Source: an uncultured Actinomycetes bacterium
GTDB lineage: Bacteria; Actinomycetota; Thermoleophilia; Gaiellales; JAICJC01
Assembly (NCBI GenBank): GCA_963727235.1
Contig: CAVSFZ010000017.1
Span: 9,407 to 73,406, forward strand
Direction of reading: 5' to 3'
Length of the DNA stretch: 64,000 bases
Shown here: positions 1-11,751 of the stretch, one piece after another
Numbering within the stretch: the stretch's first letter is position 1
Layout: each line of letters starts with the position of its first letter
Program-made: the position numbers and the translations under genes
The notes under the pieces: model-generated
Told to the model about the DNA's origin: nothing
Database searches by the model: none
What the model saw: the letters and a program-made list of their open reading frames with translations, nothing else

Positions 1-293
1 AGATAGGCAAGGTCGCCGAGCGCGGCCGTCACCTCGGCGGTGGTGCCCGGCCCGGGGATGACCGCGGGGATGGCGCTGGCCGCACCCGAGCCGGCCAGGT
101 GGATCGCCTTTCGGCCCATCGCCACCCGCGCGAGCTTTGACCGCCCCAGGTGCGGGTGTTTGCGGCGAAGCTTCTCGGCCGACCGCTCGATGGCGGGGCC
201 GCGGCGGTTGATCACCGTGCGCAGAGCCGTCTCGGTGGCGCGTGACAGTGACGCCGCCAGCCGATCGACCACCACATCCAGAGAGCGGCGCAT
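1..293 (-). CDS. hypothetical protein, N-terminal part only (gene runs off the left edge)
   Basis: Minus-strand ATG at 293-291 is followed by an uninterrupted GC3-rich frame to position 1 (MRRSLDVVVDRLAASLSRATETALRTVINRRGPAIERSAEKLRRKHP...GSGAASAIPAVIPGPGTT). It is not in the ORF track because no stop lies in the window. It is divergent from the aminotransferase gene. Confidence 0.35.
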   Translation of the reverse strand, partial: MRRSLDVVVDRLAASLSRATETALRTVINRRGPAIERSAEKLRRKHPHLGRSKLARVAMGRKAIHLAGSGAASAIPAVIPGPGTTAEVTAALGDLAY

Positions 294-326
294 CCCCGGA
301 ACAGTACTGACTACTGTCTGGCGGCC

Positions 327-1538
327 ATGCAGATCGTGCAATCACGCAAGCTCTCGAACGTCGCCTACGACGTGCGCGGCCCGGTGCTGGAGGAGGCGCT
401 GCGGCTGGAGGCCGCCGGGCATCGGATCCTGAAGCTGAACATCGGGAACCCGGCGCCGTTCGGTTTCGAAGGGCCGAGCGACCTGCTGCAAGGCGTGGTC
501 GAGAACCTGCCCTCCGCGGTCGGCTACGGCGATTCGCGGGGCCTCGTGTCGGCCCGCGAGGCGATCGTGACCGACTACCGCAGCCGCGGAGTCGAGGACA
601 TCGATGTGGCCGACGTCTACATCGGAAACGGCGTGTCGGAGCTGATCCAGATGTCACTGCAGGCGCTGCTGGACGACGGCGACGAGGTGCTGGTCCCCGC
701 GCCCGACTATCCGCTCTGGACGGCGGTCACCTCGCTGTGCGGCGGGCGCCCGGTCTACTACCGCTGCGACGAGCAGGCCGGCTGGATCCCCGATCTGGCC
801 GATATCGAGGCCAAGATCACGCCCCGCACCCGGGCGGTGGTGGTGATCAACCCCAACAACCCGACCGGGGCCGTCTACCCTGCCGCGGTGCTCTCGGGGA
901 TCGCCGCGATCGCCGAGCGCCACGGCCTGGTGCTGTTTTCCGACGAGATCTATGACCGGATCCTGTACGACGACGCCGAGCACGTGGTGACCGCGGCGAT
1001 CGCGCCCGAAGTGCTGTGCGTGACCATGAGCGGGCTTTCCAAGTCGAGCCGGGTGGCCGGATTTCGCTGTGGCTGGGCGGTGGTGTCGGGACCGCGGGAG
1101 CAGGCTCGGAGCTATCTGGAAGGGCTGACGGTGCTGGCCAACATGCGGCTGTGTCCCAACGTCCCCGCCCAGTATGCGATCACCGCGGCCCTGCAGAGCC
1201 CCGAGGCGATCGCCCAGCTGGTGCTGCCCGGTGGGCGGCTGGGGGAGCAGCGAGACCGCGCCTGGGAGCTTCTGACCGCGATCCCGGGGGTGTCGTGCGC
1301 CAAGCCGATGGGCGCGCTCTACGCCTTCCCCCGGATCGACCCGGCGGTGGTGCCGATCGCAAACGACGAGCGGATGGCGCTCGATCTGCTGCGCACCGAG
1401 AAGATCCTGATCGCCCACGGCTCGGCCTTCAACATCTCCACCACCGATCACTTCCGGCTGGTGACGCTGCCCAACGTGGACGACCTCGAGGACGCGATCA
1501 CCCGCATCGGCCGCTTTCTCGGCAGCTACTCGCAGTAG
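327..1538 (+). CDS. PLP-dependent class I/II aminotransferase (alanine/aspartate aminotransferase-like)
   Basis: 403-aa ORF. N-terminus is MQIVQSRKLSNVAYDVRGPV...LKLNIGNPAPFGF. It has NPNNPTGAVY and a SGLSKSSRVAGFRCGW lysine motif typical of fold-type I aminotransferases. Confidence 0.85.
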   Translation: MQIVQSRKLSNVAYDVRGPVLEEALRLEAAGHRILKLNIGNPAPFGFEGPSDLLQGVVENLPSAVGYGDSRGLVSAREAIVTDYRSRGVEDIDVADVYIGNGVSELIQMSLQALLDDGDEVLVPAPDYPLWTAVTSLCGGRPVYYRCDEQAGWIPDLADIEAKITPRTRAVVVINPNNPTGAVYPAAVLSGIAAIAERHGLVLFSDEIYDRILYDDAEHVVTAAIAPEVLCVTMSGLSKSSRVAGFRCGWAVVSGPREQARSYLEGLTVLANMRLCPNVPAQYAITAALQSPEAIAQLVLPGGRLGEQRDRAWELLTAIPGVSCAKPMGALYAFPRIDPAVVPIANDERMALDLLRTEKILIAHGSAFNISTTDHFRLVTLPNVDDLEDAITRIGRFLGSYSQ

Positions 1539-1541
1539 CGG

Positions 1542-2279
1542 TCAGTCGGTGCGGCGACGAAGTGTCACTGCCCCCAGCGCCAGCGACGCCAGCATGAACA
1601 CGATCACCGCCGCGACGTCCCAGGCAAATCGCGAGCCCAGAGACGCCGGGCTGGTGGTGCGGGCGAGCGCGTCGTAGGCGTAAGTCAACGGCAGCGCGAA
1701 CGACACCCAGTACAGAAGCGAGGCCATCTCGTCGCGGGCGATGAAGAGCCCGCACAGCAGCAGCTGGGGGAAGATGAACGCCGGCATGAACTGCACCGCC
1801 TGAAACTCGGTGCGGGCAAACGCGCTCACAAACAGCCCCAGCGCCATTCCCAGAAGCGCGTTTGCGATCGCCAGCAGGCCGACCAGCCACGCTCCGTGGG
1901 CGGCATTGAGTCCCAGCACCAGGAACCCGACCAGGCACACCACGATCGCCTGGATCGCCGCCAGCACGCCGAACGCGAGGCCATAGCCTGCCAGCAGGTC
2001 GAGCTTTCCCATCGGTAGTGTCATCAGCCGCTCGAGCGTGCCGGTGGTGCGCTCCCGCAGCATCGCGATCGACGTCAGCAGAAACATGATGATGAACGGG
2101 AAGAGCCCGCACATGGGCGCGCCGATGGCCTGGAACGTGCTCGGCTGTCCGTCGAACACGAACTTGAGCAGCGTCAGCAGCACCACCGGCACCACCAGCA
2201 GCATCGCGATCGTGCGGGGATCGCGGCGGATCTGCCACAGCACGCGCCGGGCGATCGCGAACGTGATGTTTGCGGTCAT
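1542..2279 (-). CDS. ABC-2 type exporter permease
   Basis: Start is trimmed to the ATG at 2279 (MTANITFAIARRVLWQIRRDPRTIAMLLV). It has multiple hydrophobic helices and a 4-nt ATGA overlap with the upstream ATPase gene. Confidence 0.8.
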   Translation of the reverse strand: MTANITFAIARRVLWQIRRDPRTIAMLLVVPVVLLTLLKFVFDGQPSTFQAIGAPMCGLFPFIIMFLLTSIAMLRERTTGTLERLMTLPMGKLDLLAGYGLAFGVLAAIQAIVVCLVGFLVLGLNAAHGAWLVGLLAIANALLGMALGLFVSAFARTEFQAVQFMPAFIFPQLLLCGLFIARDEMASLLYWVSFALPLTYAYDALARTTSPASLGSRFAWDVAAVIVFMLASLALGAVTLRRRTD

Positions 2280-2986
2280 GCCGACGCCTGCTCGATCACC
2301 TTCAGAAACGCCCGCCCCATGTCGGCCTCGCCGGTTTCGGCCCGGAGCGCGTCCGGGGTGGTCTGGCGCAGCAGCGCGCCGTCTCGCATCAAGAGCAGGA
2401 TGTGACACTCGGAGGCCTCGTCCATCACGTGGCTCGAGATCAGAAGGGTCGTGCCCTCGGCCGCGAGCTCGTGAAACGTCTGCCACAACTCGGCACGCAG
2501 CACCGGATCAAGCCCGACGGTGGGCTCGTCCAGCACCAGCACCTCGGGTCGGCCCAGCAGCGCGGTTGCAAGCGACACACGCGAGAGCTGTCCGCCCGAG
2601 AGCGCTCCGGCCACGTGCCCCTCGAAGCCGCCCAGCCCGACCGTCTCGATCACCTCGGAGATACGCGCCCGATCAGCACCGACGACGGCCGCGAAGAAGC
2701 GGAGGTTTTCCTCCACGCTGAGGTCCCCGTATACCGACGGGGCCTGGGTGACGTACCCGATCTGCCGGCGAAGGGCGGGAGATCCGGCAGGCTGACCCAG
2801 GACAGTGACCGTGCCGGACGCAACGATCTGGACTCCGACGATCGAGCGCATCAGCGTCGACTTGCCACAGCCGCTGGGGCCCAACAAGCCGGTGACCGAC
2901 CCGACGCCGACCTCGAGCGTCAACCCGCTCAGCACCGGCCGCCCGCCGCGCTCGACATGCAGATCGCTGATGGCAATCGCCGTCAC
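2276..2986 (-). CDS. ABC transporter ATP-binding protein (DrrA/ABC-2 exporter type)
   Basis: Walker A GPSGCGKST, signature LSGGQLSRV, Walker B LVLDEPT. GTG start at 2986. Confidence 0.9.
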   Translation of the reverse strand: MTAIAISDLHVERGGRPVLSGLTLEVGVGSVTGLLGPSGCGKSTLMRSIVGVQIVASGTVTVLGQPAGSPALRRQIGYVTQAPSVYGDLSVEENLRFFAAVVGADRARISEVIETVGLGGFEGHVAGALSGGQLSRVSLATALLGRPEVLVLDEPTVGLDPVLRAELWQTFHELAAEGTTLLISSHVMDEASECHILLLMRDGALLRQTTPDALRAETGEADMGRAFLKVIEQASA

Positions 2987-3011
2987 CGCAACATCCTACG
3001 CACACGCAGCG

Positions 3012-3040
3012 TGGATACCGGTGCCTGGCACCGGTATTCA
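3012..3040. repeat. palindromic repeat, copy a (most divergent): TGGATACCGGTGCC-T-GGCACCGGTATTCA
   Basis: Read directly from the sequence. It is a 14+14 nt inverted repeat with one mismatch. It shares the GGTGCCTGGCACC core and TATTCA arm with the six other copies. Confidence 0.85.
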
Positions 3041-3065
3041 CACGCCATCCACTACCTTCCCAAGC

Positions 3066-3695
3066 GTGATCCTGAGCCTCCTCTCCCTCACCAACGCCTT
3101 CGATTCGCTCGCAAACCTCGTCTCCGACTCTCCCTGGACGTACGCGCTGGTGCTCGGCCTGGCGGCGCTCGACGTGCTGTTTCCGGTGGTGCCGAGCGAG
3201 ACCGCGGTGATCCTTGCGGGAGTGCTGGCCGGCACAGGACATCTCAGCATTGAGCTTGTTCTGATCTCAGCAGCGGTGGGCGCCTTCATCGGCGACAACT
3301 CGGGCTACTGGGTGGGACGCACCGCCGGTAACAGCCGCGTGGCCCAGCGCCTGCTCACCGGCGATCGCAGGAAACAGGTGGACAAGGCGCAGGCGCAGAT
3401 CGAGACGCGCGGCGGGTACTTCATCATCATCGGCCGGTTCGTCCCTGGTGGCCGCACCGTGGTGGTGCTCGCCTGCGGCCTGCTCAAGATGCCGTGGGCG
3501 CGATTCATGGCATTCGACGCGGTTGCCGCCGTGATCTGGGCGCTCCAGGCAGGCCTCGCGGGATACTTCGGCGGCCGCGCCTTCGAGGACAACCCGTGGC
3601 TGGGGCTGCTGGTCGGAGTTGCCATCGCGACGGTGCTGATCGGCTCGGCGGAGGGCTGGCGGCGAGTGCGGGCGTGGAGGGCGAGGCGAAGCTAG
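3066..3695 (+). CDS. DedA family inner-membrane protein
   Basis: The in-frame GTG at 3066 gives 209 aa (VILSLLSLTNAFDSLANLVSDSPWTYALVLGLAALDVLFPVVPSETAVILAG...GRFVPGGRT), the DedA/SNARE-associated pattern. The longer ORF-track start would overlap the divergent ABC gene. Confidence 0.75.
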   Translation: MILSLLSLTNAFDSLANLVSDSPWTYALVLGLAALDVLFPVVPSETAVILAGVLAGTGHLSIELVLISAAVGAFIGDNSGYWVGRTAGNSRVAQRLLTGDRRKQVDKAQAQIETRGGYFIIIGRFVPGGRTVVVLACGLLKMPWARFMAFDAVAAVIWALQAGLAGYFGGRAFEDNPWLGLLVGVAIATVLIGSAEGWRRVRAWRARRS

Positions 3696-3711
3696 CCGCC
3701 CGGCGGCAGCC

Positions 3712-4350
3712 TCAGTGCGAGTGCGCGGGCTCGGCCCGGTGGATCGCTTCGATCAGCTCTTCGCGATCCATCACGATCAGATCCTTCATCGGGACGCCGA
3801 GCTCCTTGGCCTTGTCGAAGAGCGCCTGGCGAGGGAGGTCAGCCAGCGGATCGGGACCCTCGGGCGACGGCCGATCCGCCGCTTCGGCCTCGTGCGTCTC
3901 GGCGACCATCTCGAACTCCTGCGTCTCGGCCACCGCCTCTTCCTGAGATCTCACAGCCTCGACTCTGACCAGCTCGCGGGGCGGCTCCGGGCTGGTGGTC
4001 GGCTGAGGCTCGGAGGCGATATCGATCTCCTCCACATCGAAGGCACCCTGGCCGCTGAACACGCGGTATGCGAGCTCACCTTCCCATTCGGCTTCGGCGT
4101 TCCACTCGTCGTCGTCCTCGACGAGGTCCTCCGGCTCGTCGGCGGGCACTTCGACTTCGTCGACTTCCTCGACGACCTCGGTGCGCTCCTCAGCCTCCAA
4201 CACGGGCTCGGTGATCTCGGTCGCCTCAACGTCCTCGCCCAGGACGACCGCGGGCGCCGCGCTCTCGAGCCACCGCGCAGCAAAAATGCCTGCAAACACG
4301 GCTGCAAGAAGGACGAGCAAAAATGGCGGTTGGCTACGTGGCTTCATCAC
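3712..4350 (-). CDS. membrane-anchored, highly acidic protein with C-terminal Rho_N/SAP-like helix-hairpin
   Basis: N-terminal TM helix (PPFLLVLLAAVFAGIFAARWL), a long Glu/Asp/Val-rich low-complexity middle, and a C-terminus LFDKAKELGVPMKDLIVMDREELIEAI resembling the Rho N-terminal domain. Confidence 0.6.
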   Translation of the reverse strand: MMKPRSQPPFLLVLLAAVFAGIFAARWLESAAPAVVLGEDVEATEITEPVLEAEERTEVVEEVDEVEVPADEPEDLVEDDDEWNAEAEWEGELAYRVFSGQGAFDVEEIDIASEPQPTTSPEPPRELVRVEAVRSQEEAVAETQEFEMVAETHEAEAADRPSPEGPDPLADLPRQALFDKAKELGVPMKDLIVMDREELIEAIHRAEPAHSH

Positions 4351-4463
4351 TGTCGCGACCCCGGACCCTGCGCGCCGAGTTTAGCGCACAGACGGAGTCT
4401 CGCGGGGGCTGCGGTACGACACTCTCCGCCGTGACCACAGTCCCCGCGCTCCTCACCTCTCCA

Positions 4464-4537
4464 TCGGGGCGCCGAGATTTGAACTCGGGACCTCACCGAC
4501 CCGAACGGTGCGCGCTACCAGGCTGCGCCACGCCCCG
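4464..4537 (-). tRNA. tRNA-Pro (anticodon CGG)
   Basis: Hand-folded cloverleaf: acceptor CGGGGCG/CGCCCCG, D stem GCGC/GCGC, anticodon stem CACCG/CGGTG with loop TTCGGGT, T arm CCGAG-TTCAAAT-CTCGG, discriminator A. 74 nt, no encoded CCA. Confidence 0.9.
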
Positions 4538-4548
4538 GAGATCGCGGA

Positions 4549-4854
4549 TTATCGCACAGGAGGTTCGCCGGACCCGCCATCGGCGGCGGCGCGGCGGGCG
4601 TCCCGGTCACGGCGTGCGCAGAACGCGTCGAACGCCATCATCCGGCGAAGCCAGTCGTTCTGGGCTTCGACCTCGATGTCGTACAGCAGCCGGTCGAGTT
4701 CGAACCGGGCCACCGCCGCATCGAGCATCGCTTCGATCCGGGGACGCAGGCCGCGCATGTGCACGTGATCGAACGACGAGCGATCGATGCGCTCATCGTC
4801 GAGCGGTACCTCGTAGCCAGCAAGACGCTGGCCGAGCGAGCGCGCGGCCTTCAT
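4549..4854 (-). CDS. hypothetical protein
   Basis: 101-aa ORF with high GC3. I recognise no family. It is divergent from the Nif3 gene. Confidence 0.4.
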   Translation of the reverse strand: MKAARSLGQRLAGYEVPLDDERIDRSSFDHVHMRGLRPRIEAMLDAAVARFELDRLLYDIEVEAQNDWLRRMMAFDAFCARRDRDARRAAADGGSGEPPVR

Positions 4855-4931
4855 GGCGCGACTATGACCCCTTCGGCGATCGGCGTCTAGGGGTGGCAGT
4901 CAGGTCCACCCGTTCGGGTAGGGTGGGCGGG

Positions 4932-5690
4932 ATGGCCGACCGCGACGCGATTGTCGCCTTTTTGGACTCCCACCTCGATGTCCACGCCTACCCGGACCAC
5001 CTGCCGGTGGGCCTGCAGGTGCCCGGTGCGATCGAGGTCACCCGGGTCGCCACCGGCGTCTCATCCTCGCTCGAGCTGTTTCGCCGGGCAGGGAAGGCCG
5101 GTGCCCAGATGCTGATCGTCCACCACGGCCTCTTCTGGGACCGCGACCCACGTCGGATCGGGCCGCGCCAGAAGGAACGGCTGCAGAGCCTGTTTGAGAG
5201 CAACCTGTCGCTGGTCGCCTACCACCTCGCGCTCGACGCCCACCCCGAGGTGGGAAACAACGCGCTCATCTGCGACGCCCTCGAGCTCGGTGATCTGAAC
5301 GGCTTCGGCGGAGGCGGCGAGCGCACCATCGGCTTCATCGGCACCGCCAAACCGTCGATCTCACCCGAGCGCCTGATCTCGCGCGTGCGCGCCAAGATCA
5401 ACCCCGATCCGATCGCCTTCCTGCACGGCCCCGAGCGGATCCGCCGGGTCGCGGTCGTCTCCGGCGGGGCCGCCGACCTGCTCGACCAGGCCGCCGATGC
5501 CGGCGCCGACGCGTTCATCACCGGTGAGCCGAACGAGCCCGCCATGGCCCGCGCGCAAGAGGCCGGGATCCACTTCGTGGCCGCCGGCCACTACGCCACC
5601 GAGGTGTTCGGGGTGCAGGCTCTGGGAGAGTTGGTGTCACGCCAATTTGGGGTCGAGCACCGCTTCATCGACCTCCCCAACCGGGTGTAG
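4932..5690 (+). CDS. Nif3-like dinuclear metal centre protein (GTP cyclohydrolase 1 type 2 homologue)
   Basis: Start is trimmed to the ATG at 4932 (MADRDAIVAFLDSHLDVHAYPD). It has HHGLFW, AYHLALDAHPEVGNN and GHYATE motifs. Confidence 0.85.
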   Translation: MADRDAIVAFLDSHLDVHAYPDHLPVGLQVPGAIEVTRVATGVSSSLELFRRAGKAGAQMLIVHHGLFWDRDPRRIGPRQKERLQSLFESNLSLVAYHLALDAHPEVGNNALICDALELGDLNGFGGGGERTIGFIGTAKPSISPERLISRVRAKINPDPIAFLHGPERIRRVAVVSGGAADLLDQAADAGADAFITGEPNEPAMARAQEAGIHFVAAGHYATEVFGVQALGELVSRQFGVEHRFIDLPNRV

Positions 5691-5696
5691 CCAATG

Positions 5697-5725
5697 TTGA
5701 CGACGTCCGCCCAAGTGGGTAGTCT
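5697..5725 (+). promoter_or_regulatory. sigma-A type promoter TTGACG-17-TAGTCT
   Basis: -35 TTGACG at 5697-5702, a 17-nt spacer, and -10 TAGTCT (TANNNT) at 5720-5725. An ATG begins 7 nt after the -10 hexamer. Confidence 0.45.
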
Positions 5726-5731
5726 GTGAGC

Positions 5732-5828
5732 ATGATTACTGAAGCGGAGACGGCCTGACATTGGACGATCTCCGCTCACTGATGTCGGGAAGCTGAAGCC
5801 CACTGAGCAAGCGCTCGGTGGGTTTTTT
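5732..5828 (+). ncRNA. unclassified structured leader / small RNA ending in an intrinsic terminator
   Basis: The predicted transcript starts about 5732. Hairpin P1 pairs 5740-5750 (TGAAGCGGAGA) with 5769-5778 (TCTCCGCTCA). A terminator hairpin plus T6 lies at 5799-5828. It sits 24 nt upstream of a small HTH gene. Confidence 0.4.
5799..5828 (+). terminator. Rho-independent terminator
   Basis: 10-bp stem CCCACTGAGC / GCTCGGTGGG (one G-U pair), loop AAGC, followed by TTTTTT at 5823-5828. Confidence 0.6.
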
Positions 5829-5852
5829 CGTTCTCACACAGAAGGGAGAAGC

Positions 5853-6014
5853 ATGGCAAACCACCTGACGCCCGAAGAACTGTCCAAGGAGATGGGAATC
5901 AAGCGCGACGAGGTCATCCGGCTTTGTCACGAGCAGGCCGTCCCCATCTACCACGGCAAGATCGACAAGTTCCTGTTCTCCACCGTAGTCCAGGAGACGA
6001 CCGTCTCGGGCTAG
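5853..6014 (+). CDS. small (53 aa) helix-turn-helix protein, excisionase/BldC-like pattern
   Basis: It is not in the ORF track because it is under 60 aa. SD AAGGGAG lies 6 nt upstream. Sequence is MANHLTPEELSKEMGIKRDEVIRLCHEQAVPIYHGKIDKFLFSTVVQETTVSG. The LTxxEL..GI.R..V.RL pattern resembles HTH_17/MerR-type small DNA binders. Confidence 0.5.
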   Translation: MANHLTPEELSKEMGIKRDEVIRLCHEQAVPIYHGKIDKFLFSTVVQETTVSG

Positions 6015-6074
6015 GCAGGGCCCAGCCGACGGTTCTCCCTCGCGACGACCGCACCGTCGCGTAATCTGGAAAGT

Positions 6075-10015
<3,941 letters not shown>

Positions 10016-10077
10016 CACCGAGAATGCTAGTTGAGTGGGTCGAAATCCAATGCGGGGGTATCGCCGTATCTCCCAGC

Positions 10078-10566
10078 ATGAAAACCCCAAGTTTCATCAG
10101 CCGCTCGCTCACCCTCGCTGTCGCAGTCGGCGCATTGGCGCTGATGCTTGCAGCCTGCGGTTCGAGCTCGAGCTCCGACACCACAACCTCAGCCGCTCCC
10201 GCCGGCTCGACCACCGCCGGCGGCGGCACCACCGTGCCGGTCACGCTGAAAGACTTCTCGATCACGATGCCGAAGATGGCCCTGGCACCGGGCACCTACA
10301 CGTTCGACGTCACCAACAACGGGCCGTCGTCGCACAACCTCACCATCAACGGGCCCGGAGTCTCAGACCAGGCCACATCGACGTTCGCCTCGGGCACCCA
10401 GACCCTGACCGTGACGCTGAAAGACGGCACCTATGACTTCTTCTGCTCCGTGCCCGGCCACCAGGCCGCCGGCATGGACGTCAAGGTGACGGTCGGATCC
10501 GGCGGCGGTGCAGCTGCGACCACCACCGACGGCGGCTCCAGCTCGAGCGGCGGCGGCTGGTCATAG
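10078..10566 (+). CDS. cupredoxin (plastocyanin/azurin-like) copper-binding lipoprotein
   Basis: Start is trimmed to the ATG at 10078. Lipobox LMLAAC. Type-1 copper ligand spacing is seen in CSVPGHQAAGM. Confidence 0.75.
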   Translation: MKTPSFISRSLTLAVAVGALALMLAACGSSSSSDTTTSAAPAGSTTAGGGTTVPVTLKDFSITMPKMALAPGTYTFDVTNNGPSSHNLTINGPGVSDQATSTFASGTQTLTVTLKDGTYDFFCSVPGHQAAGMDVKVTVGSGGGAAATTTDGGSSSSGGGWS

Positions 10567-10658
10567 GCACAGGGGTCTCGCGCCCCGTCTACCTCGGGTT
10601 TGCCCTCGCCTCCATCGGAGGGCCGCTCGCGCTGATCGCGCTGCTCGTACCCGACGCG

Positions 10659-11729
10659 GTGGGCGACGATGCGATCGCCTCCACCGGGCTGGTGGTGGCC
10701 GCCGGGTCGCTGCTGTTCGTGCCCGCGCTCTTGGTCTGGTACCGCTACTCGGAGCGGATCGCAAGCGACGGCGGCCTGTATGAGTTCGTGCACCAGGCCG
10801 CGGGGCCCCGGTGGGCGACGATCCAGGCCTGCTTTTGGATCGTCAGCTACTTCCTGTACCTGCCCTCGACGATCACCCAGGTGGTGTACGACATCGTGCC
10901 GGTGGCGTTCCCCGGGATGGAGCCCTACCGGGCGTGGCTCCAGATCCTGCTGCCGGTGGTGATCATCCTGGGGCTGGTGTTAGCCGAGCGCTGGGTGCTG
11001 GTGACCCTGGGGCTGGTGGCGGTCGTGCAGATCCTGGTCGTGATCGTGCTCGGGTTTGCGATCCTGAGCCACGCCGGGTCGGTCAGCTCCTCGCTGGGGA
11101 CGCACAGCTCCGGACTGCAGCTGCCGCGCGGCGCCGCCAACGTGGCGCTGCTGTTCACCTGCGCCAGCCTGCCGCTGTTCCTCGGCGGCGAGGTCGAAGG
11201 CGGGTCGCGCACCATCCGCCGCACGTTGGTGATCTCGGTGGCCGCGGTGGCGGGGATCCTGCTGTTCGCCGCAATCGGCCTGAACCAGTTCGCCCAGTCC
11301 CAGATCGCCCTGCTGGAAACGCCCGGCTACACCGTGGCCGAGATCGTCTCCGGACACCGCTTGGCGGTGACCGTGATCGCGGTGGCCGCGGCCAGCGTGG
11401 TGAGCGTGATCGTGGCCGAGTACGTCGCCCTCACCCGGGTCGTGCGAGCCGTCACCGGCATCGATCTGCGCCGCGGCGCGCTTGCGATCGGCGGGCTCTT
11501 CCTGCTCGGCGCCGCTCTGGCGCTGATCGACCCCGCCAAGGTCTACGAGCACGCCCTCACCGGCTCGCTGGTGGCGCTCTACATCTCCCAGGCGATGGTG
11601 TTTGCGGTGTACCCGATGTATGCCCGCAAGCAGGGCCGGCGCTCGCCCACCGACATCGGCATCGCCGCGGTCGCCACCGCGCTGATGGTGTTCGGGCTGT
11701 ACGTGGCCGTCACCCAGGCGGGATCGTAG
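10659..11729 (+). CDS. APC-superfamily permease (start codon unresolved)
   Basis: It has more than 10 hydrophobic segments. The frame is open from 10437, and the upstream in-frame codons encode a TM1-like VYLGFALASIGGPLALIALL, but there is no ATG or GTG before 10659. Confidence 0.6.
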   Translation: MGDDAIASTGLVVAAGSLLFVPALLVWYRYSERIASDGGLYEFVHQAAGPRWATIQACFWIVSYFLYLPSTITQVVYDIVPVAFPGMEPYRAWLQILLPVVIILGLVLAERWVLVTLGLVAVVQILVVIVLGFAILSHAGSVSSSLGTHSSGLQLPRGAANVALLFTCASLPLFLGGEVEGGSRTIRRTLVISVAAVAGILLFAAIGLNQFAQSQIALLETPGYTVAEIVSGHRLAVTVIAVAAASVVSVIVAEYVALTRVVRAVTGIDLRRGALAIGGLFLLGAALALIDPAKVYEHALTGSLVALYISQAMVFAVYPMYARKQGRRSPTDIGIAAVATALMVFGLYVAVTQAGS

Positions 11730-11751
11730 GAGCCAAGCTAGGCTTCCGGCG

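Noticed and set aside
40-432. A 130-aa plus-strand ORF at the left edge overlaps the aminotransferase start.
   Set aside because: Its translation is Arg/Ala/Pro-rich noise and it overlaps the well-supported aminotransferase gene. The opposite strand carries a GC3-rich frame starting at 293 that looks like a real, though partial, gene.
3712-4537. tRNA-Pro could be an integration site for a genomic island or prophage.
   Set aside because: I found no integrase, no direct repeat of the tRNA 3' end and no compositional break on either side. The neighbouring genes look native.
5751-5768. ACGG and GGACGA motifs in the leader RNA are reminiscent of the ACGR loops of guanidine-II (mini-ykkC) or the guanidine-III riboswitch.
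   Set aside because: The flanking bases cannot form the two short hairpins that present ACGR tetraloops. The guanidine-III pseudoknot consensus does not fit. The downstream gene is a small HTH protein, not a guanidine exporter or carboxylase.
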